Of a stretch of 64,000 bases of DNA, positions 1 to 11,587 are shown piece after piece. Each line of letters begins with the position of its first letter. Within the stretch, counting starts at the first letter, position 1. The position numbers and the translations under genes were made by a program. The notes beneath the pieces are model-generated. The model saw nothing but the letters and a program-made list of their open reading frames with translations, made no database searches and had not been told where the DNA came from. Source of the stretch: Octopus vulgaris (lineage: Eukaryota); assembly GCA_951406725.2 (NCBI GenBank), contig OX597818.1, forward strand, positions 27,590,001 to 27,654,000, read 5' to 3'.

Positions 1-38
1 ATATTCCCCAGTCAAAAACAGAATTTTATAAAAGTCAA

Positions 39-817
39 CTAGCAGCATAGCCCAGGTATGTAAGAGCCCCTAGTAGGCAACGACTAATCCCAATCTAGTC
101 CTTTCCCTCTAGGGAACGAAGGCGCATGTGTAGGTTGCAATGTCTTCTCTTCACTCGAATACTTCTGTGTATACGATGTTCCTAGCTGTCCCTTTGGGCG
201 ATAAAAAGGTCGAGTTGCATCCCCTAGAGTGTCTGTGGTTTGTGTTTAATACACAAATCGGTTTGCTATGTGTGCCACATATGATTTAATTAACCGATTT
301 TTTCCAGTAATAAAGTATCCTATTGGAATAAAAAGGGCCATATAGTTTCTTGGAGCAGACATGATGCTCGCTGTGAATTAAAAAAAAAATTCCTGCCAAT
401 TTGTGAAAGATATTGTCGAAAAATATGTCATCTTGAATTTGAACGCGATTTCCCAAATGGCATGATTTTATCGATTTTTTCTGATGGTAAGGTATTGCAT
501 GGAAAACTAACGTCAGAATTAAGTTTCTTAGGGTAACATCACCATGAGTTTGATGAAAATCGATTGCAAGTTGCGAAAACTACAACAGAAAATGTGTTGC
601 ATATAAAAAGCTTAGATTCTCAACCCCATGTCAAATTTATCAATTCTTTTCAGAACTGGGGGAACTTTTCAAAATTTTCGCTGCGTTAGTTTTGAATTCT
701 GACATTGGGCTATGTGTGTGTCAAGTTTCATCAGAATTGGTTGAAAGCCGTGGTCAGGGTGAGGGTACAACCTGACAGACACACAGACAGACAAACTGCC
801 GTTTATATATAGAGAGA
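39..817 (-). mobile_element. Non-autonomous Helitron-like element (Lep1/HINE type)
   Basis: On the minus strand it starts A|TC (TCTCTCTATATATAAACGG..., followed by a (CTGT)n/(GT)n tract) and ends CTAG|T at 42-39. It sits between A and T with no TSD and has no ORF. Confidence 0.6.
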
Positions 818-1146
818 TGAACAAGGGAGAAGCACTGCAACACAAAGATGCACCATGTGGCAGTACAACCTCTCTAGATGATGCCAGTCAGCAGATTGAT
901 GCCTTAGGGCTGCATCAAGTGGTGGAAGCCCAAACTACAACAGGCTTGTCCTACAGAGAATGTTTCCGGTTACTTTTGGGTACCCCCTCGTATTTTTGTA
1001 TCCATTGATAGATTGTAGAATTTAATCATAAAAACTGTTGTTAAATCCTAAGGCTAGCACTGATCAAACAGAATTATGCTTATAGGTTTTGCATATGTGG
1101 GTATCTTGTATTATTCTTCCAGCTGCTGTGTATATGCACAGACATG

Positions 1147-1280
1147 GCAAGGTGCGAGCTGTGTGGTAAGGAGCCTGGTTCTCCATCATATGGTTTCAAG
1201 TTCAGTCTTACTCTATGAAACTTTGGATGAGAGTCTTCTACAATAGTCTTTGGATGAGAGTCTTCTACAATAGTCTTTGG
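1147..1280 (+). mobile_element. Degenerate tRNA-derived SINE head with a 27-bp tandem duplication
   Basis: GCTGTGTGGTAAG...GTTCAGTC resembles the SINE head at 11013-10950 (-). CTTTGGATGAGAGTCTTCTACAATAGT occurs twice. Confidence 0.5.
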
Positions 1281-1284
1281 CAGA

Positions 1285-1520
1285 CAGAAACAATATCATC
1301 ATGATAGCACTGACAACAGCTCCAACAACACCAATGATGATGACCATAACATCAACAGCAGCACCACCACTGTTGATGTCCCCTACACCAGTTGTAACAG
1401 TACCAACACCATTGTCACCTTCAGCGATGCCAATAACAACACCAACAGCATCCATACCAACAACAGCGGTAGCAGTAGCGTCAACACCAGCAGATACAAC
1501 ACCACCAACATCCACACACA
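1285..1520. repeat. Degenerate trinucleotide (ACC/AAC/AGC) low-complexity tract
   Basis: Trinucleotide periodicity; it generates the spurious Thr/Pro-rich and Val/Gly-rich ORFs. Confidence 0.7.
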
Positions 1521-1539
1521 GAGATACTTTGGATGCTCC

Positions 1540-2063
1540 AATAAAATGTTCAAGCAACATCTCTCCAACCACAGATCTTCTTTCAGGATACCGGAAAGGA
1601 AATATGCTATGTCATTAGCAAGCCATGTATGGCAGCTGAAGGACAAGGGAGTTCCACACGTAATATCATGGAGAATCCTAGAAAATTTATGCCCCTACAT
1701 AAACAGGACCAAGTGTTGTAAACTGTGCATAGATGAACAGGCAAGGATATTGAAGTACTCTCTCAACCCAGGGAACATCCTTGACTCCAAAATAGAAAGC
1801 TTTGAACTCTGTTTGCTCTTCAAGAAATTCCTGCAGGCATCCTGGGACCCACACGATAATAGAATCGGTTATGAATAACAGCCAAAAGGAGACAATCCCC
1901 TGTTGTTGACATAGAGTAATGAAATCTTTTTCCTCCTCCATTTCTAGAGAGGCCACTTACTATATAGGCCATGTACTAACAGGTTTTGGAGTCTGATGAT
2001 ACACTGATGATACATTTTATGGATGTGAAACCCAAAGTAATCCCATAAACCAGCCTTATCTAC

Positions 2064-2101
<38 letters not shown>

Positions 2102-2270
2102 TGGGGAAGGCCAGTTTATAGGATTACCTTAGGTTTCCTGCCCATAAAGGATTTAGCTTTAAGGCGTGTCATCAGATCCCAAAACCTGCTGGCCTGAGGC
2201 CTCTTAAGAATATTCCCGTAAACTGGCCTTCCACATTTTTAATATACACTGCACTATATCATAGGGTGTG
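1540..2270 (+). mobile_element. Penelope-like element 3' fragment (GIY-YIG C-terminus plus inverted pseudo-LTR copies)
   Basis: ORF 1546-1878 (FKQHLSNHRSSF...SLASHVWQLKD...ISWRIL...CKLCIDEQARIL...LDSKIE) matches the C-terminal half of the PLE GIY-YIG endonuclease. 1980-2058 (+) and 2105-2190 (-) are inverted copies around a (TA)n tract. Confidence 0.75.
2120..2180 (-). ncRNA. Type I hammerhead ribozyme motif (PLE-associated)
   Basis: Minus strand reads GGGAT-CTGATGA-[stem II gcct-taaag/cttta-t-gggc]-GAAACC-TAA-GGTA-ATCCT. The core, stem I and a short stem III are all present. Confidence 0.7.
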
Positions 2271-2624
2271 CTTCTTTTTCAGATTCATGTTTTATACAGA
2301 TGATATTTACACGCCCGTGCACGCACGCACACACACACACACACACACACATACACACATCATCATCATTTAATGTTCACCTTCCATGCTGGCATAAGTT
2401 GGACTTTTTGACAGAAGCTGTATCTGTTTTGGCATGGTTTTTACAACAAGAGACCCTTCCTAACATCATCCACACCGTATTGTGAACAAAGTGCTTTTAA
2501 TGTGGCACCAACACTTGCAGGGTCACCAAGTGACTTGCAGAGCAAAGATCTTTTGAGAGGAGAGGAAGCATTAGAGCAGGTGATCATGTGTCAGATGATG
2601 AAGGGTTCGACCCCACCACTGCTT

Positions 2625-2795
2625 TTCAACAGGTCTCAGTTTGTTTATATCCCTGAATCTTAGCAGTTTGATATAAGAGACTGATAGAATAAATACCAGG
2701 CATTTAAAAAAAGCACTGGGGTTGATTCATTCAGCTAAAACCTCTCAAGAAGGTCCTCCAGTATGGATGCAGACCAATGGCTGAACCAAGTAAAA
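2625..2795 (+). mobile_element. SINE 3' half
   Basis: Reverse-complement similarity to 7980-8160 (GATAGAATAAATACCAGGC...CCAGTATGG...CTGAACCAAGTAAAA). Confidence 0.6.
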
Positions 2796-2817
2796 ACATA
2801 CATACACAGACACACAT

Positions 2818-2874
<57 letters not shown>

Positions 2875-4309
2875 AATATATATGTATGTAGGTATTTGTG
2901 TGAGTTAATATTCTCCTCTTGCCTTCAAGTGTTTTCACTTCCTGGCTACAAACAATGACTCTTCTGATGGTGTTGTTTACTGGTAGTCCTCTGCAAAAGC
3001 ATAACTAGACATCTTAAATCATTGTGCAATCTTTGAGAAGAAAAGGCTCCTTCATATGCACTGTTTATTTCCAGTTCTCTGTGTAGACATGCCCCCCCCC
3101 AAATTATTACCTTGCCTGGAAACAAGTGGGGGTTAGTGGCAGAGAGGACATCCAGCCATAGAAAACACTGACTTGTACAAGCAGGCAAAAGTAAATGTTA
3201 AAAGGAAGATAATGACAATGATGATGGCGATGGTAACAACGATGATGGTGATGATGATATATTCTGCTGAATATAGAATTTGTAAGGAGATTAAAGCAAA
3301 ACAGAAAAAACATGAAAAATATTTTAAAACTTTCTATACAAATGTTTATAGGAAAAGATGTTGACTACTAGTTCTTGATGTCATTAGTTTATGAACGATC
3401 ATTACTATGATTAACTATATCAATAATGACTATTACTGAAATATATTACAAATTCTCAAAACTTCATTTTCTTTCATTAATTCTGTAATTAATTTTGTCA
3501 TAGTTACCAATCTTATAGTTCTATTGTTTGAAAACTCTGGTTGTAGGAAAAATAAAAATGCAGTGATGTAATTATCTCTAGTTTATTTCTATTGTTGATG
3601 TCTTAAGTTTTATCTTATATATTAGCAAAGTGAGGACTGAAAATATAGTCTTAGAAAGTTCTAATTATGTCAGTAAATATTTCGATTAATTTCTATCAGT
3701 GTTAATTTTTGGTAATGGTAAAAAAAAAATTATAAGCCTTTTAATATTTTAATTATCCTTCTTATCATTCAGTCCACTGCTAGTCTTCATGCAGATTTTA
3801 CCCTTTTAAATATGTTAAATAAAATCTTTCAAATTTTAAAAACTAAATGTGAATACAAATGCAGATATCACAGAAAATTTAATGAAATGTTAGTCAACAT
3901 GTAAGTACATTAGTAACTAACTGTATTTAGATAAAGTTCAGAGAATATTTAGATAAAGTTCAGGAATCAAATACCTTCTTACTATTATTCCTACTGATCA
4001 CAAGATACCATTTAAGTTACTATTTAAGTTATTGGCAGCAAGCTGATGCCTTAGGTATCATCTATGATATATAGATATGATTTCTACTTGGTTCCCAAAT
4101 TTTATTCTCTTTGAAATATCCTTTGTAACTCTGTTCGCATTTAATTCTTAATAACACATTAAAAGGAACTTTTCAATCAATCCTCATAATTTTGATTTAT
4201 TTGAAATTGTTGTTCTTCCATTAGAAAAATTACATCTTGGAATAACAAAGTAGTTATTAAACGGTATATAGATATATATATATATGTTTTATATTTTCAT
4301 TTCCTTTAG

Positions 4310-4588
4310 TTTCTTTTCAAACAAGTGATGGTGGTGTGAAATTTGTCAGGAAAAATCAAACAGTAACTTTTGAATGTCCTATTGCAAAAGAAGAAATTGT
4401 CATGTGGCAAATTGGATCTAAAAAAATTGAAAATTCTACTTGGTTACCTGTTGAAACTGAAGAGTTTAAAGCAAATGTGCTTTCTGAGGAAGTCAACATC
4501 TTAAACATCACACTTCTTTCAAATAATGATTTAAGATTTAGTTGTCAGAGCATTAACACGACAACATTTCTTGCAATACCAATATACA
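4310..4588 (+). CDS. Ig-superfamily membrane protein, Ig exon 1 in window (phase 1-1)
   Basis: Acceptor ttttcatttcctttAG, donor GTAAGT at 4589, 279 nt open: SFQTSDGGVKFVRKNQTVTFECP...VMWQIG...ILNITL...LRFSCQS (Ig C-W-C pattern, N-glycosylation sequons). Confidence 0.85.
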
Positions 4589-4995
4589 GTAAGTACCAAA
4601 TATAAATCATTTGTATGTATTTTCCTATTATCTATTATGATCATGAACATAATATGTTTCTGTAAACACTAACTTTGAGTTTCAGTCAATTCATAAAATC
4701 TGATAGTTGTAACAAATACTACCAATAATATTTTAATGCTTATGACCTTCTTCCTTACATTATTCCAGTATTATTGAAATAGCAATATTATGGTTGAGAT
4801 TATGTTTGATTTGCAGAAGAGAGACTTAGTTGCTAGCATGTGATCCATAAATTGTTCTTGGTTTGATGAAATTAACAAAATTAATAATTGTCCTAAAAAT
4901 CTGAGAAGTGTTATTGTTATTAAAAATGAACATTCTTTTAACCTCATCTTTAGAGTGTATACTTGAATATGCACTCACAAGCAGCACACACGTAT

Positions 4996-5130
4996 ATCAT
5001 CATCATCATCATCATCATCATCATCGTCATCGTCACCATCGTCATCATCGTCATCGTCACCATCATCATCATCGTCATCATCATCATCGTCATCACCATC
5101 ATTGTTGTTGTCGTCATCATCATCATCACC
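4996..5130. repeat. (CAT/CGT/CAC)n microsatellite
   Basis: Direct inspection; source of the poly-H, poly-I and poly-D ORFs. Confidence 0.95.
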
Positions 5131-5814
5131 AGAGTGTATTATGCTTATCAACATAGCCAAATCATTCAGAGTTTACTGCTTCTCATAATAACAGCATACA
5201 AATTAGCATATGAATTTTTCCAGATCTCTTCATTCATTACTAAAAAAATTAAATTATACAATGCACACCTTCAAATTTCTATGTCTTCCATCTTATATGC
5301 TCCTTAATTGTTAGCTCTTTTCTGCCATGCCATCAAAATGAAGACATTCTAATTTATCTCCACAAACAAGGGCTACAAAGAAAATTGCCTCTATTCATGC
5401 TCAAGAAAACTCACTTCAGCAATGCCCAAATGTACAATATTTCAAAACGATCCAACTCTCTCTCTATTTCCCTTTGGTCACTCTTTCTCTCTCTCTCTTT
5501 CTCTCCTCTTGTTTTTCCTCTGACTAGGTAACAAAATATCTCCTTTACATCATCATACTTGTTTCTGGCTGCTTTCTTGTACCTCTCTCACACTTTCTTC
5601 TCTCTCTCTTACCAAGTGCCTCCTCTATAGCAAGACACCTCTTTCTGTCTCTCTATTTTCCTGTTACATTCTAACCTTTCTTCATTTGATATTGGATCAC
5701 CTCCTCTAATGCCCCCTCTGCTTCTGTCTCTGTCTCCATGTCACACTCTAACCTTTTATCCCCTGACAAAGTTCCCCTCCTCAAATGCCATGCCCTTCTC
5801 ATAATTTCTTGTCT

Positions 5815-6112
5815 TGTGGGTTACTTGGTTACCCTGCCAGTGCTGGTGCCACATTAAAAGCATCCTGTCCACACTGTAATGTGGTTGGCGTTTGGAAGGG
5901 CATACAACTGTAAAAATCATGTTAAAACTAACCTCACTTGTGCTTAGTGCCACGTAAAAAGCACTGAGTCCACTCTGCAGAGTGGTTGGTGTTAGGAAAG
6001 GCATCCAGTTATAAAATCCCTGTCAAAACAGACACAGTAGCCTAGGGAAGTTTTTCTAACTGTCCTATCCATTCATGCATGTAAGATGAACGTTAAATGA
6101 TGATGGTGGTGA
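5815..6112 (+). mobile_element. RTE LINE 3' UTR-type repeat ending in (GAT)n
   Basis: GTGCTGGTGCCAC.TAAAAGCA...GAGTGGTTGG.GTTAGGAA.GGCATCCAG...CGTTAAATGATGATG; same family as 12790-13125, 14230-14645, 30230-30435 and 43100-43335. Confidence 0.7.
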
Positions 6113-6449
6113 TCAGGGACCCCATTTGTCTTTAAAATGTGACGGGGACAAACCAACATTTGTTGATTCTTAAAGGAGCATGTTACTATTGCTTATGGTG
6201 TCTTTCCCAGACCCAATCACATAAGCAAAATTTTATGCTAATTCAAATGAAGTTCAGATATATAAAAAAAAGATTAAAAAGAATTTATTATATCAAATAA
6301 AAAAATAAAATAAAGATGTTTGAATAAAAAATATAAAGTAAATTTATTGTCTTTTAAAATTTACCAAATGTATTATTTCTCAAATCATTGCTCTCAATAA
6401 CTAATTTAGCAACTTTTCCACGACTAATCTTTTTCAAAACATCTCTATG

Positions 6450-7160
6450 AACATGGCATATTAGAACACAATTCAAACTTTGCAGAGTCATGGTTGATCA
6501 CAGCCAAGTTTTGAGTCTTCACAAAGTACCAAAAGATCTTTCATCTTCACAAAAACTGGTTGGAAACAATAAAAATAGCCTGAACAATCGCTCAACATTT
6601 GCAAACATGTGACGGACTTCTGGTTGCATTTAACTGAATATTTTACAATGATCCCCGAGAGGTGATCCACTATGATGATTTCTATAAAAAAGTATTTTGT
6701 TCCTTAAAGAAAGTTCATGATCACTTCAACACAAAAATTTCCATTGCTCAGCTTTTCATAATCTGCTAAATCTTTTGAAAAAAAAAAATCTTTTAAGTTT
6801 GCTATTGCAGTATCCTCTACCTGCAAATACTGCACCCTGTAATGATCCAAAACAGTGCAGTGTTGATATTTTAATGCATTTTCTTCCTAGTATCTTTTAG
6901 GAACTTTTTGTTGCCTTGGTAGCTCTGAAGGAGAAATATTGAGTTGATAAATTAATTTTTCTGCTGTATTAAACAGTTTCTGAAATTTTTCTTCACTGCG
7001 TAGAATTTTTAGCTCTGCCTGTACCAGTTTGACACTATGCAACATGCCACCTAGATTGACAGTGGTACATTGAAAAGATTTGTTTAATCCTTCAAGGAGA
7101 TGAAGTAATGGAACTATAACATGCTCAGAATCCCCCTCCTTAACCCATTTCTCCATAAAA
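6450..7160 (-). pseudogene. hAT-family transposase remnant (C-terminal region)
   Basis: ORF 7156-6887 (LLHLLEGLNKSFQCTTVNLGGML...LKILRSEEKFQKLF...PRQQKVPKRY) is typical of ZMYM1-like hAT transposases; downstream frames are broken. Confidence 0.6.
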
Positions 7161-7385
7161 TATTTTTCAATGTGTTTTAACTGATTTTAATTTGTATTCT
7201 GCAGAATAAAAGAAACCGTTTTTTTACATGTAATATTTGTTTTATATTATCAATTTTTTTTTTCATACAAATGGAATACAATCAGACTTGTTTTGTTATA
7301 TTAAAAATGTTCTGTCATTTGGTGAATAATGCTTGATTTATTTTATAATAATGCTTGATTTATTTTGTTATAATTTGTCTTTTAG

Positions 7386-7697
7386 ATGACAGTGGGAATC
7401 TTTACCCAAGTTCTGAAACTCCAAATCCCATAAAGGATGAAATCTTCACATTGAAATGTAACACAGTTAATAGTGGTGCTACAGTAACTTGGTATACTGG
7501 AAATGGAACAGTAATTGCTAAATACAGTGGAACATGCAACGAAAATTATACTAAATATTTTGATAGCCGTCAAGAAACTAGTTGCCAAGAAAGAATCTGC
7601 ACATTGAATATAACCAATGTCAGTTTAGCTGAAGACAACATGAGCATCATTTGCAGTACTGGTTTCCACACAAGCTTGTTCAATATTAGAGTATTTT
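7386..7697 (+). CDS. Ig-superfamily membrane protein, Ig exon 2 (phase 1-1)
   Basis: Acceptor tttgtcttttAG, donor GTAAGT at 7698, 312 nt: DSGNLYPSS...FTLKCNT...VTWYTGN...CTLNITNVSLAEDNMSIICST...FNIRVF. Confidence 0.9.
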
Positions 7698-7979
7698 GTA
7701 AGTAATTATTTTTTGCACAGTTAAGCATGTAATTCTTTTCTATTATTCCTTTATTTATTTCAGTCATTGTACTGTGGTCATACTGGGGCACTACCTTGAA
7801 GGGTTTAGTCAATTAGATGGATTCAATACTTATCGTTTTAGTTTGGCACATTGTGCTATGTCTCTTTTAGTGAAATTGCTAGGCAAGTGAGTTGTAAACA
7901 AATCTACACTGGCTGTAAAGTGGTGAAAATCAAGCATAAAGATGCACACACACATACAGATAAGTATCTGTGTGTGTAT

Positions 7980-8224
7980 TCTCTTTTACTCTTTTACTTG
8001 TTTCAGTCATTTTGACTGCAGCCATGCTAGAGCACTGCCTTTAGTCGAGCAAGTCGACCCCAGGACTTAATTTTTCTAATTCTAGTACTTATTCTATTGG
8101 CCTCTTTTGCCGAACTGCTAAGTTACGGGGACGTAAACACACCAGCATCGGTTGTCAAGCGATGTTGGGGGGACAAACACAGACACACAAACATACACAC
8201 ACACATACATACACACACACACAC

Positions 8225-8279
<55 letters not shown>

Positions 8280-8440
8280 TACGATAGGCTTCTTTCAGTT
8301 TCCATCTACCAAATCCACTCACAAGGCTTTGGTTCACCTGAGGCTATAGTAGAAGACACTTGCCCAAGGTGCCACGCAGTGGGAATGAATCCGGAACCAT
8401 GTGGTTGGTAAGCAAGCTACTTACCACACAGCCATTCCTA
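7980..8440 (-). mobile_element. tRNA-derived SINE, near full length
   Basis: Minus strand has an A box (TGGCTGTGTGG), a B-box-like GGATTCATTCC, an internal (TA)/(TG) tract and a (GTAAAAGA)n tail; several copies in the window. Confidence 0.85.
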
Positions 8441-8442
8441 TC

Positions 8443-8660
8443 GTTTATTCTTTTACTTGTTTCAGTCATTTGAATGTGGCCATTCTGGGATACGCCTTTA
8501 GTCGAACAAATTGACCACAAGACTTATTCTTTGTAAGCCTAGTACTTATTGTATCAATCCCTTTTGCTGAACCACTAAGTTACAGGGACATAAACAGAAC
8601 AACATCGGTTGTCAAGTGATGGTGGAGCAACAAACAGAGACACATGAATGCATATATATA
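8443..8660 (-). mobile_element. SINE 3' half, tandem to the previous copy
   Basis: High similarity to 7980-8200. Confidence 0.8.
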
Positions 8661-9996
8661 TATATATATATATATACAGAACACTGTGATTAATGGACAG
8701 AGTCAACAACGATTGAAAAGGCTGCAAAACGCAACAAAAATTTTAGAAAAATAAAGAAGGAAATGAGTGGAAATTTTATCAGTGAGTGTGTTAAATTACA
8801 AGGTACTGAAAGAGAATGACTCTCCCCAGACAAAACATAATATGCTTCAACACACGAACTCGCACAAAGAAACTTGCAAACCAAATCCCAAAACGAAATA
8901 TATATATATATATATATATATAATCAAAATAAGCAACAAAGATATTCAGAGGTAATGCAGTATGATCGTTCCATTCGACTCCTTTTAATCAAACAATGCA
9001 AGTATTACAACAATTTTAAAACGTAGAGCAATCTTCAGCTGCATATAAATATAGAATTTAGTTAAATTTAAAAGATTCATTTTTATAGTTATTCCATTTA
9101 CCAAAGAGGGTAAGTAGGTAGACAGAGAAACAAGTTTCCTTAACAAAAACATGGTAGTAATTAATATTTTTTCATGAAGACACTGCTTATCATTGATTTT
9201 ACTTTGCTATTTAGATTTACTACTGGGGGAGGGGTTTAAGATTATTCTATCAGGTCTAGTGGAGAAAAAAACAAGAATCTATCTTTTATAGATAGAGAAA
9301 GAGACATCTTCCCCCACTCTCTCACATTTCTCTGTCTTTCTCACTTTGCACTCACAAGCCAATCCTTGGCCCGCACTCTTTCTTCTCCCCTCTTTAATTC
9401 CTTCTTTCTCTCTCTGCTCCCCCCTTTGTTGCCTTCGTCCCTCTTTTTCTCGCTCTCTTTGTTTCCTTTGCCCCCTTTCTTTTCTCTCTCTTCTCTCACA
9501 TGACCTGATCAAATCAGCCCTTTTGGCCTCCAACCACTGCCGTGAGAACATCATTGTCTTCGTCTGCCGATAAAGGCATTTTTTCCAAATACACCAGCAA
9601 AACTTGTACTGTTTATTAGTTGTAAGACACCTGCTGTTTTTGTCCTGTTTTTACCATTATTGTTTTTTGTATTTTATATTCGTGTGGCATCGTCTGTTTT
9701 TCTGTCCCTGTTTCGGATCCTTCTTCCAAGAAATCTAATGCTCGTAGCTTAGTTTTTCCTTGGGGATGGCTGGATCGGAGCGATCTCAAGATTAATCAGC
9801 CGAAATTGCTAGGATGATCCGGTTCTTGACTGAAGATTGAAGGCTTCAAATGTCCCGTCCGTGTTTTTTGTATCGTCTTCTAAATGTTTTACGTTCTTGT
9901 CCCAGTTTGTATTTTTCTACATATTATATATATATATATAAAAACACAGAACACAGTGTAAGTATATTTATATATAAATATCTAAATATCTATATA

Positions 9997-10163
9997 TATG
10001 ATGGGCTTCTTTCAGTTTCTGTCTACCAAATCCACTGACAAGGCTTTGGTCAGCCCAAGTCTATAGTAGAAGACACTTGTCCAAGGTGCTATGCAGTGGG
10101 ATTGAACCCAGAACCATGTGGTTTGGAAGTAAGCTTCATACCACTCAGGCACTCCTGCACCTA
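9997..10163 (-). mobile_element. SINE 5' half (tRNA-like head)
   Basis: Similar to 8280-8440. Confidence 0.8.
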
Positions 10164-10619
10164 TCCACAGGGCCAGCCTTAAGCTGATTAGAATGATTGC
10201 TCCCAGTCAGGCACCATGCCAAAGGGGGCCCTGCACTCAAGAGGGTCACATTCTATATGGCGATATTTCATAAGGGTTTTCTTCCTGAAGTCTTTTAAAA
10301 AAATCTACATGGTCTTTCAAAAGAAAAATAAAACATATTTTCTCTTTATTAGCATCAAAAGATATCAAAAGATAAACCCATTTATCCAAAACGGCTTGGG
10401 TCAGTCTCTGAATTTGAAGAAATTTATTGCATTTTTAGTGTAAGGGATCAATATGTATGTTTGTATGCGAATGTTTGGGAGTCTTTATGAGGATGTTTGT
10501 TTAAAATATTTGTGTCTGTAATAGTGTGTATGTGGGTGAATTGAATGTATATGTATGTGTGTGTGTGTCAGTCTATACAAACATATATATATATTATGTG
10601 TATATATACATGTATATAT

Positions 10620-11010
10620 ACTCTTTTACTCTTTTACTTGTTTTAGTCATTTGACTGCGGCCATGCTGGAGCACCGCCTTTTAGTCGAGCAAATCGACCC
10701 CGGGACTTATTCTTTGTAAGCCCAGTACTTATTCTATCAGTCTCTTTTGCCGAACCGCTAAGTAACGGGGACGTAAACACACCAGCATCGGTTGTCAAGC
10801 AATGCTAGGGGGACAAACACATACACACACATATATATATACATATATACGACAGGCGTCTTTCAGTTTCCGTCTACCAAATCCACTCACAAGGCATTAA
10901 TCGGCCCGGGGCTATAGCAGAAGACTCTTGCCCAAGATTCCACGCAGTGGGACTGAACCCGGGACCATGTGGTTGTTTAGCAAGCTACTTACCACACAGC
11001 CACTCCTGCA

Positions 11011-11013
<3 letters not shown>
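10620..11013 (-). mobile_element. tRNA-derived SINE, full length, CpG-rich (young)
   Basis: Minus strand AGGTGCAGGAGTGGCTGTGTGGTAAG...GGGTTCAGTCCC through the GTAAAAGAGTAAAAGAG tail. Confidence 0.88.
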
Positions 11014-11076
<63 letters not shown>

Positions 11077-11116
11077 ATGTATGTATGTATGTATTTATAT
11101 ATATATATGTGTGTGT

Positions 11117-11419
11117 GGAGGCACAATGGCCCAGTGGTTAGGGCAGCAGACTTGCGGTCATAGGATCGCGGTTTCGATTCCCAGACCGGGCATTGTGAGC
11201 GTTTATTGAGTGAAATCACCTATAGCTCCATGAGGCTCCAGCAGGGGGTCATGGCGATCCTTGCGGTACTCTTTTGCCACAACTTTCTCTCACTCTTTCT
11301 CCTGTTGGCCTGCTCACTTAGCGAATGGGGTGGTGTCATTTGAAGGCTAAAACAATGCAAAGCGCATTGTGACCAGCGATGTGTAGCAACATCTGATAGC
11401 CTGGTCGGTCACGTGATCA

Positions 11420-11422
<3 letters not shown>
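11117..11422 (+). mobile_element. Second tRNA-derived SINE family
   Basis: Head GGAGGCACAATGGCCCAGTGGTTAGG (A box)...GGTTTCGATTCC (B box), a tRNA-unrelated body, and a CACGTGATCATGAT tail. Confidence 0.75.
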
Positions 11423-11456
<34 letters not shown>

Positions 11457-11587
11457 ACACTTCATTGAAATAAAAAAGTTTCCCCAAAATTATACATATT
11501 GATAGAAACTGATACACACGAACATACACATACATATATACACTCAATTCACTGACATACACACTATTACAAACACAAATATATATA

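Noticed and set aside
1213-1618. Mucin-like Thr/Pro-rich ORF as a possible exon of the Ig gene
   Set aside because: Degenerate trinucleotide tract between a SINE and a Penelope fragment; no convincing splice sites.
3772-3900. Candidate signal-peptide exon ending CAT|GTAAGT
   Set aside because: No hydrophobic signal-like open frame found.
4908-5307. Poly-His, poly-Ile and poly-Asp ORFs
   Set aside because: Translations of a (CAT/CGT)n microsatellite. The same applies to the many YIYI/CVCV/THTH ORFs and the poly-S/L ORFs at 57779-58136.
11117-11195. tRNA gene
   Set aside because: A and B boxes are present, but it continues into a SINE body and lacks a clean acceptor stem.
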